Positions 1 through 9,864 are shown, counted from the stretch's first letter. The stretch: DNA of 62,536 nucleotides from a virus (IMGVR_UViG_3300017991_000116:1-62536), one strand, 5' to 3'. Numbers and translations are program-made. The notes: generated from the letters alone by a model not told the origin.

Positions 1-126
1 CGTCTGGTTGCAGTTCAGATCGAACTTGCAGGCCGGCTTCACGATCGGGCACACATCGAGGCGAAGGGGTTCGACCTTGCATGCGCATGTGCCGCACTTC
101 ACCTTCGCCATGTCGTCTCCTATAAC

Positions 127-873
127 CTACCCAGTCGTAAACTTCATCGGGTAGCCGGTCAGCATGATCTCTTCGTTGAGCTTCTCGAGCATGGCGTTGG
201 CCTCGCTGAGGAGCACGTCCCCGTTGAGGGACTGGTCGCCTTGCGCAGTCGGGAACGACGCGAACTTGCCCCGGATGAGCGCAAGGTCACGCATCGCCAC
301 GGCGAGCGCGTAGTTCTTGATCAGGTAGTGGTCCCGGTAGGGGAGCTGCTGAATGTTGAACACACACGACTTGTATTCGTAGATGCACTTGCCCACCTGC
401 TTGGGCACTGGGGTGATCCACACCTGACGCCCGCGCTGCTCCCAGTCCATCTCCGCGCTGAGCACGCGCTTGGCGGTCTCGATGTACTGAAGGGTGTGCG
501 TGTAGCTCGAGTACAGACCGACGCTCTGAGGGGCAGCGAAGACGTCGTACGGCACCTTCTCGTCGAGAAGCAGGTAGGGCGAGAAGATGAGCGAGATGTC
601 GCTCTCGGGGGCCGGGAAGAACAAGTCGAGGATGATCTCAACCTCGTCGGGGAGGCAGTACATGGGCTGCCCCGAAACGAGGGTGAAGTGTCCCAGCTTG
701 AACGCCCCCTTCTTCGCGGTGAACCAGTCGACGGCTGACTTGATGGCGTCGTTGATGTGGTCCTGGGTGAGCTCCACACACCACACGGGCGCTCCGAGCC
801 GGCGCAAGATCCATTGACCGAGCGCCGCCTCGTCCATGAGCTTCGTGTTGTGGACAGCACAACTGTTCGCCAT
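127..873 (-). CDS. Neck/head-completion protein (T4 gp13-like)
   Basis: N-terminal ILRRLGAPVWCVELTQDHINDAI and C-terminal IKNYALA...RGKF...LNG match the gp13 pattern; lies downstream of the capsid gene. Confidence 0.85.
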   Translation of the reverse strand: MANSCAVHNTKLMDEAALGQWILRRLGAPVWCVELTQDHINDAIKSAVDWFTAKKGAFKLGHFTLVSGQPMYCLPDEVEIILDLFFPAPESDISLIFSPYLLLDEKVPYDVFAAPQSVGLYSSYTHTLQYIETAKRVLSAEMDWEQRGRQVWITPVPKQVGKCIYEYKSCVFNIQQLPYRDHYLIKNYALAVAMRDLALIRGKFASFPTAQGDQSLNGDVLLSEANAMLEKLNEEIMLTGYPMKFTTG

Positions 874-882
874 CTGTCAACC

Positions 883-1053
883 TCAACCGATGAGAGGGTT
901 GGTACGCGCGGGAAGCACCTCCTGCAAGAGCTGGCGCCCCTGCTGATCCTTCACCTCGTTGTACCCGCACTTCTGGCAAGTCTCGCGCTTCGTCTTGCCA
1001 TCCGGGCTCTGCTCGACGAGCAGACCGGGCTCGTTGCACTTCGGACAGTTCAT
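883..1053 (-). CDS. Small zinc-ribbon protein (56 aa, absent from the ORF track)
   Basis: Translated by hand: MNCPKCNEPGLLVEQSPDGKTKRETCQKCGYNEV...; two CxxC motifs; fills the gap between neighbours. Confidence 0.7.
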   Translation of the reverse strand: MNCPKCNEPGLLVEQSPDGKTKRETCQKCGYNEVKDQQGRQLLQEVLPARTNPLIG

Positions 1054-1056
1054 TGA

Positions 1057-1596
1057 TCAACCTTTCGTCTTGTTGCGGCGTACTGCCGCCCTCTTGCTCA
1101 TCTTAGCTGAAGACGCCTTGGAGGACGACTTGGTCGTCTTCTTCGTGGCCTTCTTGGGAGGAGCCTTCTTGGGCGCAGGCTTGGGAGGCTCCGGTTCCGG
1201 CTCGAGCTCCGGTTCGGGGGTAGGGGTAGGAGCAGGAGCGGGGATGTAGAAGTCCTCGTCCTTGAGAGGGGAAGAGGGAGGCGGGGGCGTCTCCGGGGTC
1301 TTGTCCACTTCAGACTCGGGGGGAGGAAGCTCCACTCGAGGCATCTCGGGGAGCTCGAACGCCTCGGGCTCCGGGGGCTTGGCCTTCTTCTGGAAGGGGC
1401 GCCCCGCCGGCATCCTCTTGCTCTCGCGCTTCGTCGGCGGCTCCGGGGAAAACTCCGGTTCCTCTTCGATGACTTCCTCGAGCAGCGCCGGGCAGTACTT
1501 CGCCCACTGCTCGCCCTCGAGGATCTGGTTCGCCCGCAGAGCTCCTGCCCCTGGGATGAAGACGACGTGCTTGTCAGCCCGCTTCCGGAACTTCAT
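1057..1596 (-). CDS. Hypothetical protein, Pro/Glu-rich linker with Lys/Ala-rich tail
   Basis: In operon orientation, RBS-like GAAGGAGAGG upstream, low-complexity composition. Confidence 0.6.
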   Translation of the reverse strand: MKFRKRADKHVVFIPGAGALRANQILEGEQWAKYCPALLEEVIEEEPEFSPEPPTKRESKRMPAGRPFQKKAKPPEPEAFELPEMPRVELPPPESEVDKTPETPPPPSSPLKDEDFYIPAPAPTPTPEPELEPEPEPPKPAPKKAPPKKATKKTTKSSSKASSAKMSKRAAVRRNKTKG

Positions 1597-1882
1597 CGCC
1601 CTCTCCTTCCTCGGGAACCACCTCGACCTCGGGGTCGAGCTCTGTCTCGAGCGGCGCTTCGTCCGTCGCGGGCACGACGTTGATCATCGCTTGGAGACGA
1701 TGGGCCAGTTCGAGCGTCTTCTGCTTCGCCACCTCGAGCTCCTCGATCGAAGCGATCAGGAGACTGACGGTCCCCTGGAGCTGGGTTCCGTCCAGGTGAG
1801 CGGTAGGGGGCGGCGGCGGGTGCGAGGAAAGGCCCTCGTCCAGCCGTTTCAGGTCGTTGATGACGTCTTGGGTTTTACTCAT
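1574..1882 (-). CDS. Hypothetical coiled-coil protein
   Basis: ATG at 1882 (MSKTQD) preceded by GGAGG. Confidence 0.6.
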   Translation of the reverse strand: MSKTQDVINDLKRLDEGLSSHPPPPPTAHLDGTQLQGTVSLLIASIEELEVAKQKTLELAHRLQAMINVVPATDEAPLETELDPEVEVVPEEGEGDEVPEAG

Positions 1883-1926
1883 AGTACCTCCGTCCGAGAA
1901 CGCTAACATCGTCGCACACGCTGTAC

Positions 1927-1966
1927 AAAAACACAAAGCCCCCCGGCTCCTGCCGGAAGGCTCTGC
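1927..1966 (-). terminator. Rho-independent terminator after major capsid gene
   Basis: GCAGAGCCTTCCGGC-AGGA-GCCGGGGGGCTTTGT stem (with G-U pairs) followed by GTTTTT. Confidence 0.7.
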
Positions 1967-1991
1967 GTAAACCCAGGGGCGCGACGGTGTT

Positions 1992-3491
1992 CTACAGGTT
2001 GAGGATCCGGATCGACCCGTAGAACTCCGAGCGAAGCATCTTCTTCGCGTAGCGGGTCCGAAGGCCCTTGCGGAAGGAGAAGTCGTTCGGGTCGAGGAAC
2101 GTGGGGGTCACCTGAAGCGGGATGTACGGAGCCCATACGAAGCCGCTGTCGAGGTACGACGCACCCTTGAGGCCGATGAGCATCTGGTCGCTCGTGAAGA
2201 ACGGGTCTTCATAGACGAGCCACTTGTTCATCAGGGTTCCCGTCTTGTAGATCGAGAACTGGCCGTGCTGGGTGAGGGGGCGAGGCATGTCCACGGGGCC
2301 GTAGGGGCTTTCGCCTCCGGAGACCCAGAGCGGACGGAAGTCGCCGTGCGTGGTGAGCTGCGTGATGAGCGCGCTGATCTCGGGGCTCGTGACGATCCAG
2401 TTCGCAGGCGCACGGAGCGTCTTCTTGTGGATCTGACCGGACACCGAGGAGATGGTGGTGACCATCGCTCGGAGGTGGTCGAGCTCGTTGATGCCAGCGG
2501 GCGGCACGCGGTCGAAGGTGCTCGTGGTGCCGGTGGACGCCTGGAAGAGGTCGGAGATGATCTCACGATCGATCTCGAGCGCGATCTCCTGGGCGATGGC
2601 GGAGACCATCTCGGTCTCGGCATCGATTCCGTGGAACGCGCGGAGGTCTTCCGCAGCCTCGGCCGACCACAGGGCCTTGAGCCGACGAGGAACCGCCTCA
2701 ACGGGCGCCTTCTTGACGTCCAGGTTGATCTGCGGAACCTTGGTGTTGAGCTCGCCGTCGTAGTAGTAGAACGCCCGGATGGGGTTCCCCAAGGCGGGAG
2801 CTGCCGTGAACAGGAAGCCAGTGATGGCGCCGTTCGAGTAGTTGATCGTGCCGGCAGAGACCGCACCAGTGAAGCCAGCGGCTCCGTCGTCGGTCGCTTC
2901 CTGCACGGTCGCGCCCGTCGTGGCGTTGATCTCGCGAACGACCACGGAGTAGCCGCGCGCCGCGTCGAGGGGGCGAACCGGGTTGAACGCCAACGTTGCG
3001 GTCAGGGCCGTGCCCACGCCGCCGAAGTTGGTGCCGTCGCCAGTTGCCAGTGCTTCGCCGTTGACGAACTCGGACGAGTAGTCCTTGTCGAAGTCGCGGG
3101 GGAAGACGTCGCCCTGCGTGGTCGGGCCCTTGGTGGTGCCGTACACGTAGTCGAGGAAGAAGACCGCGCCGACCGGTGCCGTCATCGGCTGGACGGAAAC
3201 GATCTCATTCGCGATCAGGTTCGGGAAGACTCGCCGCAGCACGGGGAAAATGAACTTGGTGAACGAGCCGACGTTCACCGTTCGGGTCTCTTCGTTGAGC
3301 CCCTTCAGGTACGACGCCTGGTTCTCCATGAGCACGGCCGTCACCCCAAGGATGTACCGATCGTGTTCCGTCCTGTCGGGCATGCCCTCGAGGAATTCTT
3401 TCCACTTGCGGACGAGAGCTCCTACGTAGCCCTTGTCTGCACACGTGTGCTTGCGATCTTCTGCAAGGATCTGTCGAGCCTCGGTGCCCAT
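1992..3491 (-). CDS. Major capsid protein (T4 gp23-like)
   Basis: LMENQ, RRVFPNLIANEIVSVQPMTAPVG, RRLKALWS.EAAEDLRAFHGIDAE, EIDREII, APYIPL, RTRY motifs. Confidence 0.97.
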   Translation of the reverse strand: MGTEARQILAEDRKHTCADKGYVGALVRKWKEFLEGMPDRTEHDRYILGVTAVLMENQASYLKGLNEETRTVNVGSFTKFIFPVLRRVFPNLIANEIVSVQPMTAPVGAVFFLDYVYGTTKGPTTQGDVFPRDFDKDYSSEFVNGEALATGDGTNFGGVGTALTATLAFNPVRPLDAARGYSVVVREINATTGATVQEATDDGAAGFTGAVSAGTINYSNGAITGFLFTAAPALGNPIRAFYYYDGELNTKVPQINLDVKKAPVEAVPRRLKALWSAEAAEDLRAFHGIDAETEMVSAIAQEIALEIDREIISDLFQASTGTTSTFDRVPPAGINELDHLRAMVTTISSVSGQIHKKTLRAPANWIVTSPEISALITQLTTHGDFRPLWVSGGESPYGPVDMPRPLTQHGQFSIYKTGTLMNKWLVYEDPFFTSDQMLIGLKGASYLDSGFVWAPYIPLQVTPTFLDPNDFSFRKGLRTRYAKKMLRSEFYGSIRILNL

Positions 3492-3548
3492 GTTAGTCTC
3501 CTTCTACCTCGCGCTCCCTGGGTTTTTCTCTCGTGCTAGAGGGGAGTT

Positions 3549-5144
3549 TTACCTTCCCGCTTGGTGGCCTGGGAGACCTGACAGTTCCCTGAGCGTACCC
3601 AGATCCACTCCAACTCCGTTGTAGTCTGTCACACGTTGAGGTGACGGGGAAGGGGCTTCCTCCGACAGGGGTGTCGGGGAAACGCCACCGCCCGTCAAGC
3701 GACGGACTCGCGAACGAACGTCCTCAAGATCCTCCGTCTCGGGGGTCGATGCCACCAAGTGCTCTTGGATGATCTTGTCAACTGCTTGCTTCGAACGAGG
3801 ATTCGATGCCTCGAGGATCTTGCGTACCTCGGCCTTGCGAGGATGGGCCGAAAGGCGTTGCTCGATGTACACCTCGAGTCCGAACTCCTTGTTTGCTTCG
3901 ATGCTCTTCTCGAGCGCTTCGGCGAGCTTGTCGAGCTCACCGCGAAGGGCCTGGCTCTCGGTCCGTGCGGCCTCGAGCTCCTTCTTGTGCGCCTCTTCGC
4001 GCGCCTCGATGTTCTTGCGCGCCTCTTCCTGCTCGGCGGCTTCCTCGGCCCGGCGAGCGTGGAGCTCGTCACGAACCTCCTGCACTCGAGCCTTGAACGC
4101 GTCAGCGTTCTCGAACTGGGCGAAGTCTCCGAGCATGGAGCGGACGAGACCACCGTCGGGGTCACCAGCCAAGGTGCGCTCGAGGTAGTACTTGTAGCCC
4201 GCTTCGCGCGCCATGGATGCCAGCGATTCGATCTGCTCCCCCGACTCCTTGAGCTTCAGGTCCGCTTCGGCGAGCTTGCGGTTGAGCTCCTTGATCTCCT
4301 CGTCCTTCTTCGCGACGAGCGTGTCGGTGTCCTCGGGGAGGATGAAGGGGCGCATGATGGCGGCGATCTGCTCGATCGTCGTGCGTGCTCCGCCGATGGC
4401 CGGGTCGGCCATGAGCTGCGAGCGGATTTCCTCACGCGCCTCTGCGGACAGCTTGCCCAGATTCGCGATGATGTCCTGTTCGATCTGAGCGCGGTCTGCT
4501 GTACCGTTGGCCTCCGCCTCGGCCTCGGCTTGAACCTTGTCCGCGAAAGCCTTTGCTTGCTCTTGTTCCTTCGCCTGCGCCTCGGTGCCCATGGTGCGCT
4601 CCTTGTCCTCGCTGAAAACTTCGGGGTATGCCGTAGTGTCGGCTGGCTCCGCGACGAAGTCAAAGGTGACGAGGTTGTAGTCGTCTTGGACGACTTCCTC
4701 GCCCTTCTCATTGGTTCGCGTTGATCCGTAGCCTCGGGAAGAGACGCCGACCTTGCAGCCGGCCCGAAGCATTGCTTGAAGGTCTTTCCCTCTTGCAGTG
4801 TCCAAAGCCTCGGCCTCGCCAAGTACGATGCCGTTCTGCTGAATCTCCAACCCAGTCACGAGGTGAGAGACGCGTGAGAGCTGCGTACGCCCGTCGTTAG
4901 GATGGTCGAGCTCGCCGTAGAGCTTCCGCTCGGCCATCGCAGGATCAACTTTGCCGATCTCCCGCTCCCACAACGCGGTCGGGTAGATGCGCTTGTTCTC
5001 GGTCGCCCTTCCGGAGCGAGCGAACTCACCTCGCACAATGATCTTCCCTCCGTTGGTGCCGTCCTCGACCAACTGCAACGCGATCGGGAGAGCATCCACC
5101 AAGAGGTGGCCTTTGTGCGTGGTGTTTTCTTCGAGCTTACCCAT
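3549..5144 (-). CDS. Prohead protease (gp21-like) fused to coiled-coil scaffold
   Basis: NKRIYP, GELDHP, VSH, GVSSRGYGS, TFDFVAEP protease motifs, then a long acidic coiled coil. Confidence 0.93.
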   Translation of the reverse strand: MGKLEENTTHKGHLLVDALPIALQLVEDGTNGGKIIVRGEFARSGRATENKRIYPTALWEREIGKVDPAMAERKLYGELDHPNDGRTQLSRVSHLVTGLEIQQNGIVLGEAEALDTARGKDLQAMLRAGCKVGVSSRGYGSTRTNEKGEEVVQDDYNLVTFDFVAEPADTTAYPEVFSEDKERTMGTEAQAKEQEQAKAFADKVQAEAEAEANGTADRAQIEQDIIANLGKLSAEAREEIRSQLMADPAIGGARTTIEQIAAIMRPFILPEDTDTLVAKKDEEIKELNRKLAEADLKLKESGEQIESLASMAREAGYKYYLERTLAGDPDGGLVRSMLGDFAQFENADAFKARVQEVRDELHARRAEEAAEQEEARKNIEAREEAHKKELEAARTESQALRGELDKLAEALEKSIEANKEFGLEVYIEQRLSAHPRKAEVRKILEASNPRSKQAVDKIIQEHLVASTPETEDLEDVRSRVRRLTGGGVSPTPLSEEAPSPSPQRVTDYNGVGVDLGTLRELSGLPGHQAGR

Positions 5145-5316
5145 CAGTACCTTCGCCAGCGGAACTTCCCCCGGAAGGGAGTGTGATCTAGAGCGGAGTT
5201 CGACTTGTTCTTGGTCCTGCGTGTCTTCCTAGCAAACGGGTTCTTGGTGTCGCCTTCGAAGCCTATCACCTCTTTGCGGCCGGAAGGGTATGCCTCCCGG
5301 CGTCGGCGCCAGGCTT

Positions 5317-6339
5317 CTACTTCTTGCCCTTCTTGCCCTTCCTCTTCCTCGCCATCGTCAAAGGGGACTTCTTGCCTTTTCCCTTTCGACGCCGAGCTTC
5401 TTGGACTCCGACTTCGTCGTCCTCGTCGTCGTCCTCTTCCTCGTCGTCGTCCTCGCCGTTTCCCTCGGGGGGTTCCTCGGTGCCGGGAGGTCCGTCCGTC
5501 TCCCCCATCGGAGGCTCGTCAGTCGGCGGCTCCTCGGCCGGCGGCTCCTCGGTGGGCTCTTCCTCGCCCTCGGGCGGCATCTCGTCTTCCTTGCCGGTGA
5601 CGTCGTTGTAGAGCTGGAGTGCGTCAAGCAGCTTCGCCATGAGCTTCTTGAACATCACGTCCACCTGAGCATCGTCGCCGTCCGCAGAAGCGAGAGGGGC
5701 TTCGTCGCCGTCAGGCTCTTCGCCCTCGGGCGGCGGCATCGGGGGCTCTTCGCCCTGGTCGAGCGCGAGCGCCGTGTCGGCGGCCTGCTCGGAGAGCTTC
5801 TTCATCTGCTGCCCGACTTCGTACATGCCACGTTCGCTGATCTCCATGCCCCATGCCGTGAAGCGCTTGCCCAGCGTCTCGGCGATGACGGCGATGTTCG
5901 CGAAGCCCTTGATCTGCTCCTCGCGGCGCGAGCGCTTGATGCCCGTCACGATCTCGTTGACTTCCTCGAGCAGGGACTGCGCGCGGTTGCTGTGCGAGGT
6001 CGGGGCGCCAGTCGGGGCGTCTTCGTAGAGACGACCATCGGCCAGACGCTGGAGACGCGACTCGGAAGTCTGCGCGGGGGCGGGGGCGTCAGGCTTCGCA
6101 GCCTTGGGGCCGTGAGACGCCAGGAACTCCTGAGCGCGCGAGGCGATGAAGTCGAATGCCTCAGCAGCGTCCTTCGGCTCGTCAGGCTCGTCGACCGGCG
6201 TCTCCTCGCCTTCGTCAGAAACTTCGCCACCCTCCGGGTCGGGCTTGGGGGCGTCCTGTTCCTGATCGTCCGTCTCGTTGAACAGGCCGATGTCCTTCAG
6301 ATCTTCAGTGAGGGACGTGAGGTGCGCGCGGCTTGCCAT
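5317..6339 (-). CDS. Acidic prohead core/scaffold-like protein, possible -1 frameshift extension
   Basis: Between portal and protease; Glu/Pro-rich; N-terminal LTE motif; basic C-terminus. Confidence 0.65.
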   Translation of the reverse strand: MASRAHLTSLTEDLKDIGLFNETDDQEQDAPKPDPEGGEVSDEGEETPVDEPDEPKDAAEAFDFIASRAQEFLASHGPKAAKPDAPAPAQTSESRLQRLADGRLYEDAPTGAPTSHSNRAQSLLEEVNEIVTGIKRSRREEQIKGFANIAVIAETLGKRFTAWGMEISERGMYEVGQQMKKLSEQAADTALALDQGEEPPMPPPEGEEPDGDEAPLASADGDDAQVDVMFKKLMAKLLDALQLYNDVTGKEDEMPPEGEEEPTEEPPAEEPPTDEPPMGETDGPPGTEEPPEGNGEDDDEEEDDDEDDEVGVQEARRRKGKGKKSPLTMARKRKGKKGKK

Positions 6340-6354
6340 GGTGCTTTCTCCTGC

Positions 6355-7281
6355 TTACTGAGCTTCACGAAGCCGTGTGGACATGGTCGTGACAAATCGG
6401 CCTGCGACCTGGTAGTCGTTCAGTTCTTCCACCACCGCGTCATGCAACTTCCCTAGACAGTCGGGCTTCGACAACTGGGAGGGGGCTGCCACGAGGACGT
6501 CGTGGAGACGTCGAAGATCGGAAATCAGGTCTTCTGACAAGGTGGAGAGCATGCGAATGGATTCGTCCTGCAAGTCCTCAGACCTTACCACAGAACAAAG
6601 GTTGTCGTAAGCGGCCTCGACTTGCTCGAGGAGCCCACCGACCCTGGTAGCCACAGAAGCCAGATCAGTTACGACCAAGTCCTTGTACCGATCGAGCTCC
6701 TTCGCCTCCACGATCGAACCGTTGTAGAGCAGTCGGAACTTGGGGGCGTCCGCTGCCTCGACGAGCTGGCCGGGGCGAAGCCCCGCCGACTCACGGATAC
6801 GCTGCTTGCGCTCACCGTAGATCGACTTCCACGGCCGCAGAGCCTTGAGCGAAACGATGAAGGACTCGACCATCTTGGAGTCGTCCATCGTGTTGCCGTC
6901 CACGAGATGCGAGATGGCGGCGATGCGCTTCTGCGCCTGCTCGACTCGACCTTCCATCCACTCGGCAACTGCCGTCTTCACTTCACCCGAAACGAACTCC
7001 TTCAGGTTGGCCTGCGAGTAGGACTTGATGTCGACCGACGAGAAGCCTTCGATCTGAAGAGAGCCTTCGTCGTTGCGGCCGTACCGGATGCGAATGACGT
7101 CGCCGTCCTCGGACAACGCAACAGCGTAGGTCGAGAACGTGCCCAGCACACGCGACTCCGTCTTCTTTCCGAACAGCTTGACCGAGTGCTGCTGCACCAG
7201 TCCCTCGATCTGAGAGATCAGGTGCTCGTAGCTGCCCTCGGTCAGCTTCTTCACTTCTTCGATCGGAATGAATCGGCTCAT
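6355..7281 (-). CDS. Hypothetical head-associated protein
   Basis: Immediately downstream of portal; start MSRFIPIEE with GAGG RBS. Confidence 0.6.
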   Translation of the reverse strand: MSRFIPIEEVKKLTEGSYEHLISQIEGLVQQHSVKLFGKKTESRVLGTFSTYAVALSEDGDVIRIRYGRNDEGSLQIEGFSSVDIKSYSQANLKEFVSGEVKTAVAEWMEGRVEQAQKRIAAISHLVDGNTMDDSKMVESFIVSLKALRPWKSIYGERKQRIRESAGLRPGQLVEAADAPKFRLLYNGSIVEAKELDRYKDLVVTDLASVATRVGGLLEQVEAAYDNLCSVVRSEDLQDESIRMLSTLSEDLISDLRRLHDVLVAAPSQLSKPDCLGKLHDAVVEELNDYQVAGRFVTTMSTRLREAQ

Positions 7282-7340
7282 GTTGCCTCGACGTCTGAAA
7301 CAGTACCCACACCCGGTTGGGTCTGTCAACACGATGCCCT

Positions 7341-9131
7341 CTACCTAGAGGACTTCGACAGATCCAAAAGAAATTGCCTCGTCTCCATCATGCTGCTCTG
7401 AAGGCTTCCGTTCTGTCGGAGGATGCGATCCAACTTCTCTTCGGCCCTCTTCTCTGATCCCTTGTTGCCCGACATGAGCTCACGCTCTGAGATACCCCTA
7501 GCTCCGGTGTGGAGCAAGGAACTTCGTGCGTGCGGGTCGGTCCATCGCCGTTCCTTGCTGCCCATCATGCCGGGAGGGGCGCCACCCGGAGCGCCGCCCG
7601 GAGCGCCACCGCCGCCATCATCTCCACCGATCTTCTGCGCGGCCGCGTCTGCTCGAGCCTGCTGCTCGGCCTCCCTGATCTTCTCTTCGCCACGCTGCCT
7701 GATCAAGACTTCGATTTCCTTGTCGCTCATCCCGTACACGCGACGGTAGATCCAATAGAGCGACACGTCCTCCTTCATGCGACTCGCGAGGTCGGCTCGA
7801 GCATTCTTCACCTCGAGCTGCGCGAGCTCGAAGATGGAGCTCGGGACGGTCATGTGCACGTCAAACTTCGCTTCGTGCGGGTCCACTCCCAGTGCGGCGA
7901 GATGCACACGACACACCTTGCGCAACCCACTGATGACCTCCCGCTGCAAGCGCAGGACCGACCGTGCGAAGCGTACGTCCTCGGACGAGAGAACGGCTCG
8001 AGCCGTGTTGTCGTCTTGCGCAAGGTACGCCTTCGGAATCATCAGGGCCGTGAACAGCTTGTTGAGGAAGAACTCGATGTCCTCCATGTGCTGCCACACC
8101 GGGCCGGCAAGCACGTCCACCCGAGTCGAGTCTTGCCCCTGCCTGGTCGGCAGGAAGATGTCCTCGTCCTGGGAGAGCGGGTTGAACTTCTGATCGATCT
8201 GCTGCGTCGTCGGGTTGACGAACTTGCGCTTCTTGTACTGCTGCCGCACCCGGTTGACATACGCGAGCGCCTCGGGCGGGGGCATGTCGCCCGTGTCGAT
8301 GTAGAACGCGAAGCGCTCGGGGGCGCGCTGCAAGCGATAGATGAGCGCCGAGTCCTCGAGCAACAGCAGGCGCTTCCAAATCCACCGAGCTGCCTCGACG
8401 ACCGAGTAGCCGTAGACGCTTCGGCGGTACTTGCTCCGGTGACGGAAGTGGACGACCTCCCAGTCCTCGAGAGCAGTGACCGAAGTGGGATCGAACGCCG
8501 ACGCTCCGGATGAGTTGGCTAGTCCTTCCGCGCCCGCCATGCGGGCTGCAAGGATCTGACGGAACTCCTCGGGCGTGTAGCCGAAGCGACCTTGAAAGTC
8601 CTGCACGAACCCAAACAATTCGCCGCGCGGGCCCTCTATGCGTCGCACTGTCGGAGGCGGCAGGAAGTTGAAGCCTACGACGCCGTCCTTCGTGACCAGA
8701 AGCTCCTCGTAGTCGTTACCGTACTTGCCCAGCGTCCGCGTGATCTCCCAGACTTCCTCGTCGATGCGGAGACGCTTCTGCATCAGGTTGTAGTCGAGCT
8801 CGTCTTGGATGTCGCGGTTCGGGCTCGTGACCCAGACCGACCGGTTGAGCGACGTGTCGGGCTGCGTGGCATCGTCCGCGTAGATCGTCATCGACGCGGA
8901 CACCTCCGGGTAGTCGTCCATCTCCTCGTAGTCCACGTAGCGGGACAAGAGGTCTTGCTCGAGGCGCAGGTAGTCCGAGAGGACGTCGTACCCGTACGCT
9001 TGGAGAAGATCGTACCCTGACCCAGACCAACCGGCCTGCGTCGCACCCTTCGCCAACTGGAGAGGGAGAGCTTCCTTGTCCCTCACCCAGTAGGAGCGAA
9101 CCCTGTTTGCAACGTCCGAGAAAAAACCCAT
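7341..9131 (-). CDS. Portal protein (T4 gp20-like)
   Basis: YEEMDDYPEV, LLEDSALIYRLQRAPERFAFYIDTG, EDIFLP, DIEFFLNKLFTALMIPK, EDVRFAR. Confidence 0.95.
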   Translation of the reverse strand: MGFFSDVANRVRSYWVRDKEALPLQLAKGATQAGWSGSGYDLLQAYGYDVLSDYLRLEQDLLSRYVDYEEMDDYPEVSASMTIYADDATQPDTSLNRSVWVTSPNRDIQDELDYNLMQKRLRIDEEVWEITRTLGKYGNDYEELLVTKDGVVGFNFLPPPTVRRIEGPRGELFGFVQDFQGRFGYTPEEFRQILAARMAGAEGLANSSGASAFDPTSVTALEDWEVVHFRHRSKYRRSVYGYSVVEAARWIWKRLLLLEDSALIYRLQRAPERFAFYIDTGDMPPPEALAYVNRVRQQYKKRKFVNPTTQQIDQKFNPLSQDEDIFLPTRQGQDSTRVDVLAGPVWQHMEDIEFFLNKLFTALMIPKAYLAQDDNTARAVLSSEDVRFARSVLRLQREVISGLRKVCRVHLAALGVDPHEAKFDVHMTVPSSIFELAQLEVKNARADLASRMKEDVSLYWIYRRVYGMSDKEIEVLIRQRGEEKIREAEQQARADAAAQKIGGDDGGGGAPGGAPGGAPPGMMGSKERRWTDPHARSSLLHTGARGISERELMSGNKGSEKRAEEKLDRILRQNGSLQSSMMETRQFLLDLSKSSR

Positions 9132-9138
9132 CGTCCAC

Positions 9139-9489
9139 CTATCCCCTCAGCGCCAAGAATTCGGCCATTGCCTTGTTGAAGGCGTCCGCGCCGGGGCCGT
9201 CTAGCAAGTCACGTATGATGCGGTCACGTACGATGTCGATTACCTCCTGAAACTGCACGCAGTCCGAAGGACGGAGAGAAGCAGCTTCCAATTCGTTCGC
9301 CATGTCCCGAGCTGCGAGAGCTCCGAGGTCGCGCATGAGGTGCAAGGGGCACTTGCGGGCCGTGTGGATGGCCTGCTCTTTCGTCACTGACGAGGGAGTC
9401 GTCAGGACGGTGGCCGTGTCCGTGAAGCTCTCGGACACTCCGAAGACGTTGCGCAGTTCGTCGCGCACGCGGCGCTGCCTGCTGTTCAT
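9139..9489 (-). CDS. Hypothetical protein
   Basis: Likely start MNSRQRR overlapping upstream stop (ATGA). Confidence 0.55.
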   Translation of the reverse strand: MNSRQRRVRDELRNVFGVSESFTDTATVLTTPSSVTKEQAIHTARKCPLHLMRDLGALAARDMANELEAASLRPSDCVQFQEVIDIVRDRIIRDLLDGPGADAFNKAMAEFLALRG

Positions 9490-9833
9490 CCCATCATCCT
9501 CGGGGTGACCTGGTCGGAGGGAAACTCCACGAGAGACGCCATGCACTGAACCGCGTCCGGACCGATGGGGAGTTTTCGGATGGCCTGGTCGACCGTGCCC
9601 ATCCAGTGCGCCGCCACGTGCTTGATCATCGTCTCGGGTTCCATGGAGGAGCCTTGGTGCAACGTGATGAGGAAGCCCTTGAAGGCGCGCAGTTCGTCGT
9701 TGGTCAGACGCTCGAGCTCGGGGGTGTCGTCCATGGCCTGCACCATGGTCGTGAGCCGGTAGAGGTGCGACCACGGCGGCGTGAGCATCAGGACGCGTAG
9801 GTCTTCGATCAGGTGGGTCAGTTTCTTCGCCAT
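9486..9833 (-). CDS. Hypothetical protein
   Basis: Likely start MAKKLTH with GAGG RBS. Confidence 0.55.
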   Translation of the reverse strand: MAKKLTHLIEDLRVLMLTPPWSHLYRLTTMVQAMDDTPELERLTNDELRAFKGFLITLHQGSSMEPETMIKHVAAHWMGTVDQAIRKLPIGPDAVQCMASLVEFPSDQVTPRMMG

Positions 9834-9845
9834 GACGCCTCGTTT

Positions 9846-9861
9846 GCGACCACGTGGTCGC
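9846..9861. promoter_or_regulatory. Perfect 16-bp palindrome GCGACCACGTGGTCGC (operator/parS-like), copy 1
   Basis: Intergenic between TerL stop and next RBS; near-identical copy at 37793. Confidence 0.55.
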
Positions 9862-9864
9862 GTT

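Noticed and set aside
3492-3548. T4-type late promoter (TATAAATA) before the capsid gene
   Set aside because: Not present; no late promoter motif could be defined by eye.
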